40,154 bases of DNA from an uncultured Dehalococcoidales bacterium (GTDB taxonomy: Bacteria > Chloroflexota > Dehalococcoidia > Dehalococcoidales > CAYYQY01), in contig CAZMZA010000001.1 in the NCBI GenBank assembly GCA_964570635.1, positions 1 through 40,154 on the forward strand. Direction: 5' to 3'. Shown piece after piece: positions 26,330 to 35,570 of this stretch; position 1 is the first letter of the stretch, and each line of letters begins with the position of its first letter. A program made the translations under genes and the position numbers. Below the pieces are notes generated by a model. It did not search any database, had not been told where the DNA came from, and was given only the letters and a program-made list of their open reading frames with translations.

Positions 26330-27088
26330 CTAGACATTCTCAGCCAGGATTATAGCCTGAGCTTCTACCTCCTCGTCAGCTTCAACCTCCCCTGCCTCTT
26401 CCAAAGAGGCAGGAAGCCAGTTCTCCCTTTTCTTAACAAAGTAGGACACCCTTCTTACTTCCAGTCCCTGAAATATCTCCATCAGTCCGTTGAAATCATA
26501 CACACGATGCAGGGGCGTTCCCCTGGAAACGACAACAGCTCTCTTACCGAAAGGGACACTGGCGATTAACTGCCCGCCGCTTCTCAAAACCCGTTTCATT
26601 TCGCTAACAGCTTCTCTATCACCCGCATGCCAGACCGGGTCACCCCAGCGCCCCAAACCTATATGCTCTATAGTGGAAATAGCCGTTACTATATCGAAAC
26701 ACTTGTCGGCGAAGGGCATCCGGCAAATATCACCCTGGATAACAGTGAGATTGGAGTGCCTGAGTCCGTATTTCAGAACGTCAATGCCATAGGTCTCATG
26801 GCCAAGGCTGGCCAGTTCTACGGGCAACGGGCTGCCGTGGCAGCCCACATCGAGGATTTTTTGCCGTTCCAGAGGGATGCTGGCAAGGCAAAAAGAATAG
26901 GCAACCAGCCTTTCGTCAACCGAAAGCCTGAATACCTTCTGTGCTATAAGTGGCATTTTCATGAGCATTAGATGAGCCAGAGAGAAATAGAGCGGACGGT
27001 AAAGCCAGGAAAGCTTCGGCTTGTAGGCGATTATTCTGGGTAGCCCCATATATTCAAAAGACATTTCTATTTCGTCCTTTCTCAACAC
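26330..27088 (-). CDS. Class I SAM-dependent methyltransferase
   Basis: ILDVGCHGSPLPVELASLGHETYGIDV (motif I plus an acidic residue) and FDIVTAISTIEHI (motif II/III). The start is a GTG at 27088; an alternative ATG is at 27064. Confidence 0.8.
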   Translation of the reverse strand: MLRKDEIEMSFEYMGLPRIIAYKPKLSWLYRPLYFSLAHLMLMKMPLIAQKVFRLSVDERLVAYSFCLASIPLERQKILDVGCHGSPLPVELASLGHETYGIDVLKYGLRHSNLTVIQGDICRMPFADKCFDIVTAISTIEHIGLGRWGDPVWHAGDREAVSEMKRVLRSGGQLIASVPFGKRAVVVSRGTPLHRVYDFNGLMEIFQGLEVRRVSYFVKKRENWLPASLEEAGEVEADEEVEAQAIILAENV

Positions 27089-27101
27089 TCCCCAGGACCG
27101 A

Positions 27102-28010
27102 CTAGTTTTTCTTGAGCTTCATATTTCCCTGAAAGCCACGGATTATGAGTCTTATGAAGTCAGGAGGGCGAAAGATAAACAACCAGGAAGCAAAGAAGAC
27201 GAACTGGGTTAGAGTAAGACCCCTGAGATTCTTAAGGCTCAGGAAGCGGTAGCGCAGGATAAGGTTATCCCGTAGAATCCACTTCATGCGGTTCCAGCCA
27301 GCTCTCTGCAGACTCTGAGAGCTTTTATGCCATATCTTAGACTGCAGGACACAGCCGATTTTTAGCTTTGCCCTCAGAGCACAGAGGTGCCAAATCGGGT
27401 CACCATAGAGAAAATACTCCTCCATCGCCGGGAGCACCCCCATCTTGGTGACCTTCCCCCTCTCCATCAGGAGACAGGCCAGAGGTGCCCAGGTGCATTC
27501 CCGCACGTCTTCCTCACCATTTAGCTTGGCCACTTCAATTGCTCTCAGTCCAAACCACCTTGCCCTCTCCCCGGCATGCTGGATTTTATCCGGCTGGTCA
27601 TAGGAATAATTTGCCGGGGACAGTATGCCATATTCCGGGCGGTCTTCGGCTACCCTCACAAGTTTATCAAGAAAATCGGGGGCGACTACAGTATCATTAT
27701 GCAGCAACAGGACATACTCCGCACCTCTGGCGAAAGCCTTCTTCACACCGATAGTAAAGCCCCTGCCGTAGCCATAGTTTCTGTCGTTTTCAATGATGTG
27801 GATATAATCGCCATACTTCTCCCGGAACACCTTAACGTCCTCTCCGGTGGAAGCATTGTCCACCATGATGACTTCGTAGTTAGGATAGGTTACCTTGCTG
27901 AGGGACTCCAGGCACTCCAGGCTATCCTCCAGCCCGTTCCAGTTGAGCAATATTATGGAGACCTTTGGGCTTTGTGTTTCGCGGCTCAAGCTACCTTCCT
28001 GCAAAGTCAT
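27102..28010 (-). CDS. Family 2 glycosyltransferase (GT-A)
   Basis: VSIILLNWNGLEDSLECLESL...VIMVDNASTGEDV, and a later HNDTV block (DxD-like), typical of rhamnosyl/galactosyl-type GT2 enzymes. Confidence 0.85.
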   Translation of the reverse strand: MTLQEGSLSRETQSPKVSIILLNWNGLEDSLECLESLSKVTYPNYEVIMVDNASTGEDVKVFREKYGDYIHIIENDRNYGYGRGFTIGVKKAFARGAEYVLLLHNDTVVAPDFLDKLVRVAEDRPEYGILSPANYSYDQPDKIQHAGERARWFGLRAIEVAKLNGEEDVRECTWAPLACLLMERGKVTKMGVLPAMEEYFLYGDPIWHLCALRAKLKIGCVLQSKIWHKSSQSLQRAGWNRMKWILRDNLILRYRFLSLKNLRGLTLTQFVFFASWLFIFRPPDFIRLIIRGFQGNMKLKKN

Positions 28011-28017
28011 TCCTCGC

Positions 28018-29400
28018 CTACGGTCTTGACCTGGCCAACCGCCTTCGCAGAAGGCTGGCTACATATACCCCGATGGCTTTGAATCCTGCCTCCCTTATCA
28101 GCCGGACCAGTTTAGCCGGACTGAAATTATGCAGGTGGAACCTTATATAGCCCCAGAGTTGCAATCTCTCCAGCTCAGCCCTGGAGAGATTGGTCAGCTC
28201 CAGGACATTGCCCACCTGCTTACCATAATCTGACCATTTCGTTGAGAGCAGGCGGTAATTTCCCTCTCCCCGCTCTACCATATGAGCAATCTCGGTACCG
28301 GGATAGGGAACCATTATGCCAAAGTTTACCCGGGTGGTATTCAGCCTGGCCGCAAAGTCCAGGGTTTCGTGGATATTCTGCTTCGTTTCATAGGGGTGCC
28401 CCAGTATGAAAAAGCTGTTGGTACGGAGTCCTGCCCTCTTAGCCATAGCCACCGCCTGCTCTGCTTTCTCCAGGGTTATCCCCTTCCCCACAGAATCCAG
28501 TATCTGCTGATTACCGCTTTCAATGCCAAAACCGAGAGAGGTGCACCCGGCTTCCTTCAGCTTAATCATCAATTCGAGGTTCACCACATCCACTCTGGTG
28601 GTGATATTCCACCTAACCCTGCTTGGTATCCCTCTCTCTATCATCAGATTCAGCAGCTCGTTAGCGTGGCGGTGATTCACCCCGAAGGTTTCATCATTGA
28701 AGGTGAAGTGCCTGGGGTGAAAACGGTTATAGACCTCCTCCATTTCCTCAACCACCCTCTGTGGCGGTCTCAGTCTTATCTTATTGCCGGTGATACGGCA
28801 GCAGAAATGGCAACGAAAAGGGCAACCACGGGAGGTCTCTATGGGGTATTGATTTGACCTGGGAAATAAATGCCAGGCCGGAAAGGGTAGTTCGTCAAGC
28901 CGGCTTAAGAAAGGGCGCGGCGGGTTAACCTGAACGCCGCCCTCTCTGAAAGCCAGACCGTTTACCTCCTTCATGGCCTGCTTTCCTTCCAGAGCCAGGG
29001 CAAGCTGGTACAGGGTTATCTCCCCCTCCCCATAGACGACGAAATCAAAACAGGGGAATTCCTCCAGGCTCTGCCGGGGAAGAGCCGTAACGTGAGCTCC
29101 CCCGACCACCACCACCGCCTGAGGCAGTCCCCTCTTTACTTCAGTAGCCAGATGGGCGGCATCTTCTATCTCGGGGGTAAAGGCGGTTAAGCCAATAAGG
29201 TCAGGGTTCTCATCCTTCAGCCGCTCCATAACCTGGCTGAAACCTATGCCCTCAAATTTGGCATCTATCACCACTGGCGCTATATCCTTCTCCTCCAGGC
29301 AGGCAGCAAGGTAGGCCAGCCCGAGGTGCGGCTCCTTCATCCGGGCATACTGCCTCTCCCGACTTTCCTCAAGAGGAGGATTAACCAGGGCAACCTTCAA
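28018..29400 (-). CDS. B12-binding-domain radical SAM enzyme (class B type)
   Basis: TTG start 10 nt after AGGAGG. N-terminal cobalamin-binding-like domain (VALVNPP...DLIGLTAFTPE...VVVGGAHVT). SRGCPFRCHFCC is a CxxxCxxC motif (about 28798-28824). Confidence 0.85.
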   Translation of the reverse strand: MKVALVNPPLEESRERQYARMKEPHLGLAYLAACLEEKDIAPVVIDAKFEGIGFSQVMERLKDENPDLIGLTAFTPEIEDAAHLATEVKRGLPQAVVVVGGAHVTALPRQSLEEFPCFDFVVYGEGEITLYQLALALEGKQAMKEVNGLAFREGGVQVNPPRPFLSRLDELPFPAWHLFPRSNQYPIETSRGCPFRCHFCCRITGNKIRLRPPQRVVEEMEEVYNRFHPRHFTFNDETFGVNHRHANELLNLMIERGIPSRVRWNITTRVDVVNLELMIKLKEAGCTSLGFGIESGNQQILDSVGKGITLEKAEQAVAMAKRAGLRTNSFFILGHPYETKQNIHETLDFAARLNTTRVNFGIMVPYPGTEIAHMVERGEGNYRLLSTKWSDYGKQVGNVLELTNLSRAELERLQLWGYIRFHLHNFSPAKLVRLIREAGFKAIGVYVASLLRRRLARSRP

Positions 29401-29450
29401 ACTTTCATTGCCTCCTGATAAACTGATACGCGGGTCGTCTTCCGGCCAGG

Positions 29451-30557
29451 CTAGCCTCTAAAGAAGTTCGCTATTTCCCGGCACACCCTTTCCACATCCT
29501 CATCACTTAAAAAGGAGGAGGAGGGAAGCCACAGTCCCCTCTCCGAAACATAGACCGAGTTCTTGAAATCACCCTTGATGTGGGAGTAAGGGGGCTGGGT
29601 ATGAATGGCAGGATAGAAGGGGCGGCTGCCAATCTCCTTCTCGTTCAGGAAAGAAGCCAGGTCATGCCTCCGTCCACCCTCCACCAGGATATCAATGAAC
29701 CAGGGAGAAGTATCCTCTAGGTTGGTGTCGATAAGACTTATCCCCGAGATGTCCTTCAATAAATCATGGTAAAGGCGGTATATCTCCTTCTTCCGGTCCA
29801 CCCGCCAGGGGAGCTTTTTCATCTGTTCAATACCAATCACCGCCTGGATATCAGTAAACTTTGAGTTGAACCCCATCCGCTCGTGATAGTCCACCCCGCT
29901 TCGGGGCCGTCCAAAATCCTTTATCTCCTCTATAATGTGATACAGGTCCTCACTATCGGTAACCAAAGCACCCCCCTGCCCGGTGGTAATAATCTTAGGA
30001 AAGCTGAAGGAGTAGCTGCCCACATCCCCAAAGGTACCCAGGTGCCTGCCCTGAAATCTGGAGCCTAAGGACTGGGCAGCATCTTCTATAAGATATAGAT
30101 TATACTTGCGGGCTAAGTCCAGCACCCGGTTCATATCGGGGTAGCGACCATTGATACTGACCAGCTCGATGGCTTTGGTCTTGGGGGTGATGGCTTTCTC
30201 CACTAAATCAAGGTCAAGGCACAGATTGGCGGGGTTGATATCCACCAGGACAGCTGTAGCCCCGGCCAGGACCACAGCATTAGCCGAGGCAATCATGGTG
30301 TAATCGGGGACGATGACCTCATCCCCGCTTCCGATGCCCAGAGCCATAAAGGCAATGAGCAGGCTCACCGTGCCGTTATTAACCACCGAGGCATATCTGC
30401 TGCCAACGTAACCGGCAATCATCTGCTCGAACTCTTCAGTACGCTTGAATTCGGTCAGCCAGCCGCCGGAGTCCAGATACTCCATTACGGCACGCTTTTC
30501 CTCCTCACCGAGCCAAGGCTCAGCCTGGTTGATTCGCTTCTCCATCTTGTCTATCAA
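29451..30557 (-). CDS. DegT/DnrJ/EryC1-family PLP-dependent sugar aminotransferase (perosamine-synthase-like)
   Basis: SFSFPKIITTGQGGALV retains the Schiff-base Lys. The K-I-I-T-T-G-x-G-G block and 368 aa length resemble GDP-perosamine synthase-type enzymes. gmd lies upstream in the same operon. Confidence 0.82.
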   Translation of the reverse strand: MIDKMEKRINQAEPWLGEEEKRAVMEYLDSGGWLTEFKRTEEFEQMIAGYVGSRYASVVNNGTVSLLIAFMALGIGSGDEVIVPDYTMIASANAVVLAGATAVLVDINPANLCLDLDLVEKAITPKTKAIELVSINGRYPDMNRVLDLARKYNLYLIEDAAQSLGSRFQGRHLGTFGDVGSYSFSFPKIITTGQGGALVTDSEDLYHIIEEIKDFGRPRSGVDYHERMGFNSKFTDIQAVIGIEQMKKLPWRVDRKKEIYRLYHDLLKDISGISLIDTNLEDTSPWFIDILVEGGRRHDLASFLNEKEIGSRPFYPAIHTQPPYSHIKGDFKNSVYVSERGLWLPSSSFLSDEDVERVCREIANFFRG

Positions 30558-30559
30558 GA

Positions 30560-30964
30560 CTATATCCTCTCTCTGTCTCTCTCCGCTCCGACGTAGGGGC
30601 CATTTTTCACTTCCAGCACCTTGGTATTATCCCGCAGCACCTCATAACCATGACCGCCATTCAGCAGGATAATAGTGTCCCCTTCCCCCAATTCAACCGA
30701 TTTCAAAAACTCCCTGCCCGTGGTATAGATGTCCACTCTAATACTCCCCTCTCTAACATAAACGACCTCCTGGGTATGCAACACCTCTCTCGGCTCATTC
30801 AGGTGGACATGCGGGGCTAATCCTTGCCCCTCATCATAGCCCCATATCCCCACCTGCTGATAGTCCTCTTCCGAGGTGACAAAATTCAGCCCCTTCTCCC
30901 AATCAGTGCCCCTGACTATGACCGCCAGAACCAGGTCCCCGTCGACTATCTTCTCCGTTTTCAC
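30560..30964 (-). CDS. Cupin-fold protein (134 aa), candidate sugar isomerase/epimerase
   Basis: GTG start after GAGGTAA. The His-containing cupin motif-1-like block is GLAPHVHLNEPREVLHTQEVVYVREGS, and motif 2 is GDTIILLNGGHGYEV. Function is inferred only from its position between fcl and the aminotransferase. Confidence 0.55.
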   Translation of the reverse strand: MKTEKIVDGDLVLAVIVRGTDWEKGLNFVTSEEDYQQVGIWGYDEGQGLAPHVHLNEPREVLHTQEVVYVREGSIRVDIYTTGREFLKSVELGEGDTIILLNGGHGYEVLRDNTKVLEVKNGPYVGAERDRERI

Positions 30965-30976
30965 GCCGTTACCTCA

Positions 30977-31903
30977 TTATTTGTAGTGCTCACGATACCA
31001 GTTTACGGTCTTTTCAATCCCCTCCCTCAGGCTTGTCGGAGGCGTCCAGCCGAAGGCTTCTTTTAACCGGCCAGTGTCCATCGTTTTATGGGGAGCTCCG
31101 TCCGGCTTCGATTTATCCAAGACTATCCGCCCCTCATACCCTACTATCTCCTTTATCACCTGGGCAAGCTCCAGAACGGAGATGCCCTTGCCCACGCCAA
31201 CATTGATTGGCTCTATCATCGGTTCTACTTCCAGGGCACGGATAAGGACTTCGGCACCATCGCCCACATAGAGCCATTCCCTTACCGGCCTACCACTACC
31301 CCACACCGTAACCTGGGGGAGACCCTGCCTCTCCGCCTCCACGAACTTCATGATCAAGGCACCCAAAGCGTGGGAGCGGGTCTCGTCAAAATGGTCACCC
31401 GGGCCATACATATTGGGCAAGATGAGGTTGATGGTCTCAAAGCCGTACTGTTTATTATAAGCCCAGCTCTGCACCCAGCTGGCTTTCCGGACAAAGCCGT
31501 AAACCAAAACCGACTCATCAAGCGGGCCATCCCACCACTCCTCTTCTCTGAAATCTTTGGTCAGGCGGGCGGGATAGGTACAGTTCGAGATTGGATTAAC
31601 AAACCTCTTCACCCCGGTCAATCTGGAAGCCTCCATCAGGCTGGTTGACATCAGGATATTGTTGTAGAAAATCTCCCCGGGATGCTCATAGCCGAACTGA
31701 ATCCCGCCGACAAAGGCAGCGCAGTTAATCACCGCATCGAAACTCTCCTTCTGGAACAGCTCCCTGGTCATGGCAAAATTACGGAAGTCAATACCATCCC
31801 TCAGCGACAGGGAGATAACGTTAATCCCCCTCTCTCTCAGTTTTTCCACCACGCTGCTGCCCAGAAAACCATTGCCGCCGGGAACAAACACTCTGTCAAA
31901 CAC
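30977..31903 (-). CDS. fcl: GDP-L-fucose synthase (GDP-4-keto-6-deoxymannose 3,5-epimerase/4-reductase)
   Basis: Extended SDR. The C-terminal block DKSKPDGAPHKTMDTGRLKEAFGWTP is characteristic of Fcl/WcaG. It lies directly downstream of gmd. GTG start. Confidence 0.85.
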   Translation of the reverse strand: MFDRVFVPGGNGFLGSSVVEKLRERGINVISLSLRDGIDFRNFAMTRELFQKESFDAVINCAAFVGGIQFGYEHPGEIFYNNILMSTSLMEASRLTGVKRFVNPISNCTYPARLTKDFREEEWWDGPLDESVLVYGFVRKASWVQSWAYNKQYGFETINLILPNMYGPGDHFDETRSHALGALIMKFVEAERQGLPQVTVWGSGRPVREWLYVGDGAEVLIRALEVEPMIEPINVGVGKGISVLELAQVIKEIVGYEGRIVLDKSKPDGAPHKTMDTGRLKEAFGWTPPTSLREGIEKTVNWYREHYK

Positions 31904-31906
31904 TGT

Positions 31907-32953
31907 CTAGTCGCCTTCCCACCACTTATGGGGGAACTTCTCCTTCAAAATTTGGTCTCCTTCGCCGACAGGTTTTAAGCCCACGGCACGCATATCGGCG
32001 TCAACCATAATCCTGACCAGGTCTTTGAAGGCAACCTTTGGCTTCCAACCCAGCTTCTCTCTGGCTCTGGTTGAGTCAGAAACAAGCTCATCAACCTCGG
32101 TCAGTCTGAAATATCTCGGGTCTATCTTAACATACTTATCGGGGTCGAGTTCAGCATAAGAAAAGGCCTCTTCAACGAACTCCCTCACGCTGTGAGTCTC
32201 ACCGGTCCCGAGAACAAAATCCTCCCCCTTATTATTCTGCAGCATCTTCCACATAAACTCGACATACTCTGTGGCAAAGCCCCAGTCTCGTTTAGCCTCC
32301 AGATTGCCAAGGTAGATGCAGTCCTGTTTCCCCGCCAGTATATAAGCGATGCCCCGGCTAATCTTCCTGGTAACGAAGTTCTCTCCCCTTCTCGGAGAGT
32401 CGTGGTTGAACAGTATCCCGTTACAGGCGAAAAGGTTATACGCCTCGCGGTAGTTCCTGACTATCCAGTGAGCATACAGCTTGGCAACAGCATAAGGACT
32501 TCTGGGATAGAATGGAGTCGTCTCCTTCTGAGGACTCTCTACTACCTTGCCAAAGAGTTCTGATGTTGATGCCTGGTAGAATTTTGTCTTCAGCCCGGTT
32601 TCTCTTATGGCATCCAGTAACCTCAATACCCCCAACCCGTCCACCTCAGCGCTATATTCCGGAACCTCAAAGGAAACCTGGACATGACTCTGCGCTGCCA
32701 GGTTGTAAATCTCGTCGGGCTGAATCTGCTCCAGCAGACGGTTCAGGTTGGAGGAGTCAATCATATCCCCGTAGTGGAGAAACAACCCGATATTCTTTTC
32801 CCGCTGACCATCAAAGAGCAGGTGGTCAAGACGGACGGTATTGAAGGTGCTGGCCCTTCTGATAATGCCGTGTACCTCGTATCCCTTGGAAAGCAGAAAT
32901 TCTGCCAGATATGAACCGTCCTGACCGGTAATACCAGTAATGAATGCTTTCAT
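31907..32953 (-). CDS. gmd: GDP-mannose 4,6-dehydratase
   Basis: [46 protein letters not shown] and [10 protein letters not shown] are canonical Gmd blocks. AGGAGG SD 7 nt upstream. Confidence 0.92.
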   Translation of the reverse strand: MKAFITGITGQDGSYLAEFLLSKGYEVHGIIRRASTFNTVRLDHLLFDGQREKNIGLFLHYGDMIDSSNLNRLLEQIQPDEIYNLAAQSHVQVSFEVPEYSAEVDGLGVLRLLDAIRETGLKTKFYQASTSELFGKVVESPQKETTPFYPRSPYAVAKLYAHWIVRNYREAYNLFACNGILFNHDSPRRGENFVTRKISRGIAYILAGKQDCIYLGNLEAKRDWGFATEYVEFMWKMLQNNKGEDFVLGTGETHSVREFVEEAFSYAELDPDKYVKIDPRYFRLTEVDELVSDSTRAREKLGWKPKVAFKDLVRIMVDADMRAVGLKPVGEGDQILKEKFPHKWWEGD

Positions 32954-33001
32954 GCCAGTTCCTCCTTTGTCCTTACCCTCCCCCGGGATTTGTGGGACTT
33001 T

Positions 33002-33703
33002 TTATGTCAACTTCTTCTCTTCGAGACAGTCTCTCACTCTGTTTCGTATCACTTCTTCCAGCTCGGCCAGGCTCCTGGAGCCATCGAGCATAAACGTACC
33101 ATATTCCCCGGCTATATCCAGATAAATTTGCCTTCTCTTCCTCAGGTAACTGATGGAGGGTATATCGTCCTTCCGCGCCCACGCCAGCTCTTCCGGCAGG
33201 TCAATCAGAAATACCAAATCAGGCTTGGGCATTAAATATAACAGTTGATTTATCGTTGCCGTTATCTTCTCTTTAGGATAATCCAAATTAGCGGCGTGCC
33301 CAATAACCACATCGTAAATATAGCGGTCGCAAACCACACTCCTGCCCCACATCAGGGGAAGCCTTACCTTGAACAGGAACCTGAGCAGGTATTCACCAAA
33401 GAAGCAGTAGTGAAAGAAAGCGAATATGCCGGGATATCGGAATATTTCTTTTCTGGTCTGGTAATAACGGTCATAGTCTCCGAACATTTCTTCCTCACGC
33501 AGAAAAAGCCGGCGCCCCAGTTTCATAAGTGGTCCCAGTAACCAGGGTTCGAAGATACTCCATACATACTTGCTCCGGATTCCCCGGCCCTGCATCCAGC
33601 GAACCAGTTTTTTAGCATGGGTGGTCTTGCCGGAACCGTCAATGCCAGCAAAGCAAATAAGGAGCGGCTTTCCCCCAGTGGTTTTACTCCGAGCGGGTTT
33701 CAT
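33002..33703 (-). CDS. Thymidylate-kinase-like P-loop kinase with a hydrophobic insertion
   Basis: FAGIDGSGKTT (the Tmk-type P-loop) and VVCDRYIYD (the Tmk DRY motif). The two are separated by an unusually long segment that includes the hydrophobic stretch IFAFFHYCFFGEYLLRFLF. The ATG overlaps the upstream stop (ATGA). Confidence 0.65.
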   Translation of the reverse strand: MKPARSKTTGGKPLLICFAGIDGSGKTTHAKKLVRWMQGRGIRSKYVWSIFEPWLLGPLMKLGRRLFLREEEMFGDYDRYYQTRKEIFRYPGIFAFFHYCFFGEYLLRFLFKVRLPLMWGRSVVCDRYIYDVVIGHAANLDYPKEKITATINQLLYLMPKPDLVFLIDLPEELAWARKDDIPSISYLRKRRQIYLDIAGEYGTFMLDGSRSLAELEEVIRNRVRDCLEEKKLT

Positions 33704-34695
33704 CCGGCTACCTCATGATAGATTTGTTCTAATCGCTCAACTATGTCTTCCCAGGAGTAGGACAGGACCTTTTCTCTGGTCCTGGGCTTCATACTGCCCT
33801 CTTTTACCTGGCGGAGCAGCTGGATGAGGTCTCCCTCCTTCTCGGCAAAGCTCAGACCCTCACCCGGAGCAAAGAGGTGAGGCAACGCCCCGAAGGGGGT
33901 AGATAGTACCGGCAGATTACAGGACATGGCCTCCAATACCGATAGGGGCAGTTCTATCGAGTTTGACCTGTCTATGGTGGGGAAGACGTAGCAGTCAGAG
34001 AGGGCGTAGATTTCGGCTATATCGTCAAAATAGCTCCGCCACACCAGGCACCCTTTCTCCTCCAGGCTCTGGTAAACTTCCCTTTCCATCGGGACACTGA
34101 GGCTGCCGATAATGAGCACCTGGGTATCTTCTTCCTGCTGCATCTGGCTAAGGAGCAGGAGGTTCCTCCCGCCCTTTATCGGCCCTACATGCAGAACAAT
34201 CCATTTGTGCGCCTCCAGCTGATACTTCCGCCTCAGCTCATGCTTCGTCTCCTCAGAGACAGGGGCAAATTTAACGGTGTCAACGCCACCGGGCAGAAAC
34301 CGGGTCCGACAACCCAGGCAGGTGAACATGGCTTCGCTCTCCGGGGACTGAGTTAATATCAAACTTGGCCTGAGCCAGGGGACTAACCTTCTGGAGAAGG
34401 GGGACAGGCTGGGAAGGGTGGCCGACATCACCGTCTTTGCCTTTGGACAGTTCATTTTCAGGGCTTTAACCAGGATAAAGCTCTTGATGGTAGGTCCGGG
34501 GATAAAGTGGATAATGTCGGGGCGAAAGGCCCTCATCTCCCCCCAGAAGCGCGGAGAAAGCAGTCTGCGATAAGGTTTCAGGGAAAGATGCAGTATTTCA
34601 TGATGACGGGACAGCCCCCTTTCCAGATAAAAGGCGGTATTCCTCATCCCTTCATCCATGATTCCCGAGTAGTCGCTCAGCATGCACAGTTTCAT
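33700..34695 (-). CDS. Family 4-like glycosyltransferase (GT-B)
   Basis: 331 aa. C-terminal block: FPTIDRSNSIELPLSVLEAMSCNLPVLSTPFGALPHLF. Confidence 0.78.
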   Translation of the reverse strand: MKLCMLSDYSGIMDEGMRNTAFYLERGLSRHHEILHLSLKPYRRLLSPRFWGEMRAFRPDIIHFIPGPTIKSFILVKALKMNCPKAKTVMSATLPSLSPFSRRLVPWLRPSLILTQSPESEAMFTCLGCRTRFLPGGVDTVKFAPVSEETKHELRRKYQLEAHKWIVLHVGPIKGGRNLLLLSQMQQEEDTQVLIIGSLSVPMEREVYQSLEEKGCLVWRSYFDDIAEIYALSDCYVFPTIDRSNSIELPLSVLEAMSCNLPVLSTPFGALPHLFAPGEGLSFAEKEGDLIQLLRQVKEGSMKPRTREKVLSYSWEDIVERLEQIYHEVAG

Positions 34696-34699
34696 AGAC

Positions 34700-35470
34700 T
34701 TACCGTTCTTTATTCCGGGCGTCGTTTACAAGCCTCCCGGCCAGTAAGGCTAAAGTCTTCAAGCCGTCTCGGAAAATAGATAGCCTGGATGCCTCGCTGC
34801 TCCAGTTACAGCTTATAGGAACTTCTCTGATGATGAGCCTTCGCTTGGCTGCTTCATATATCATCTCGGTCTCTATCTGAAACCCCCGAGAAGTCAAGCC
34901 AAGCCTCTGCCATGCCTCCTGTTTTATGGCCCTGAAGCCGCTGGTGCAGTCCGTTATTTTTATCCATTTCATCGAACTTCTGGACAGGGCTACCATTGGC
35001 CGGAGAAAGGAGATAACAACTGAAATAACCAGGGAAGCCAGGCTGTTGGTCAGCCTCCGTCTCAAAGGGAAGGTGGCAACCTTCGACCCGGGAAGAATCC
35101 TGGAGCCGATAACGAGGTCGGCTTTCCCCTCCAGGATGGGGGCGATTACTCCCGCTATATCCTGCGGGTCATGGGCTCCGTCGCTGTCGAGGAAGACGAC
35201 CACACCCCCAGAGGCATGCTGCACGCCGGTCTTCATGGCCGCACCCTTGCCCAGATTCCTCTGGTGAGAAAACACTCTTGCCCCGCTATCCCGGGCGAGC
35301 CAGGCTGTTTCATCCCTTGACCCGTCGTCAACCACGATTATCTCGTGAGCCACCCCGGAGAGGCTCTCTCTAACCTTGAGGACAAGACTGCCTATAGAGT
35401 CAGCCTCATCCTTGGCCGGGATGACTACGCTCAGCAATAATCGATATGTGGAAGTTTTGTTATCTGACAA
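34700..35470 (-). CDS. Polyprenyl-phosphate glycosyltransferase (GT2, Dpm1/GtrB/ArnC-like)
   Basis: LSVVIPAKDEADSIGSLV...IIVVDDGSRDETA...GKGAAMKTGV...FLDSDG, typical of dolichyl-/undecaprenyl-phosphate sugar synthases. TTG start after a purine-rich GGGGAGGGGAAAGG. Confidence 0.83.
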   Translation of the reverse strand: MSDNKTSTYRLLLSVVIPAKDEADSIGSLVLKVRESLSGVAHEIIVVDDGSRDETAWLARDSGARVFSHQRNLGKGAAMKTGVQHASGGVVVFLDSDGAHDPQDIAGVIAPILEGKADLVIGSRILPGSKVATFPLRRRLTNSLASLVISVVISFLRPMVALSRSSMKWIKITDCTSGFRAIKQEAWQRLGLTSRGFQIETEMIYEAAKRRLIIREVPISCNWSSEASRLSIFRDGLKTLALLAGRLVNDARNKER

Positions 35471-35570
35471 AAGCCTTTCCCCTCCCCGGTACTAACCGTG
35501 TCACTTTCAAGGAGTGCGATATACCTGGACGACCGGCCACCGGTTTACGGGATACGGGTCAAGCCCGGTA

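Noticed and set aside
27576-28857. Plus-strand ORFs 27576-28082 and 28282-28857
   Set aside because: They are antisense to the GT2 and radical SAM genes, both of which have clear catalytic motifs. There are no motifs or SDs supporting the antisense frames.
30560-30964. Calling the 134-aa cupin an FdtA/QdtA-type 3,4-ketoisomerase or an RmlC epimerase
   Set aside because: The size fits FdtA, but the sequence does not resemble the FdtA/WxcM motifs I recall, and it is too short for RmlC. I kept it as a generic cupin.
31088-31648. Plus-strand ORFs 31088-31648 and 39273-39821 (182-186 aa each); coordinates given are for the first
   Set aside because: They are antisense to the fcl and carbamoyltransferase genes respectively. 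Both are shadow frames without recognisable domains.
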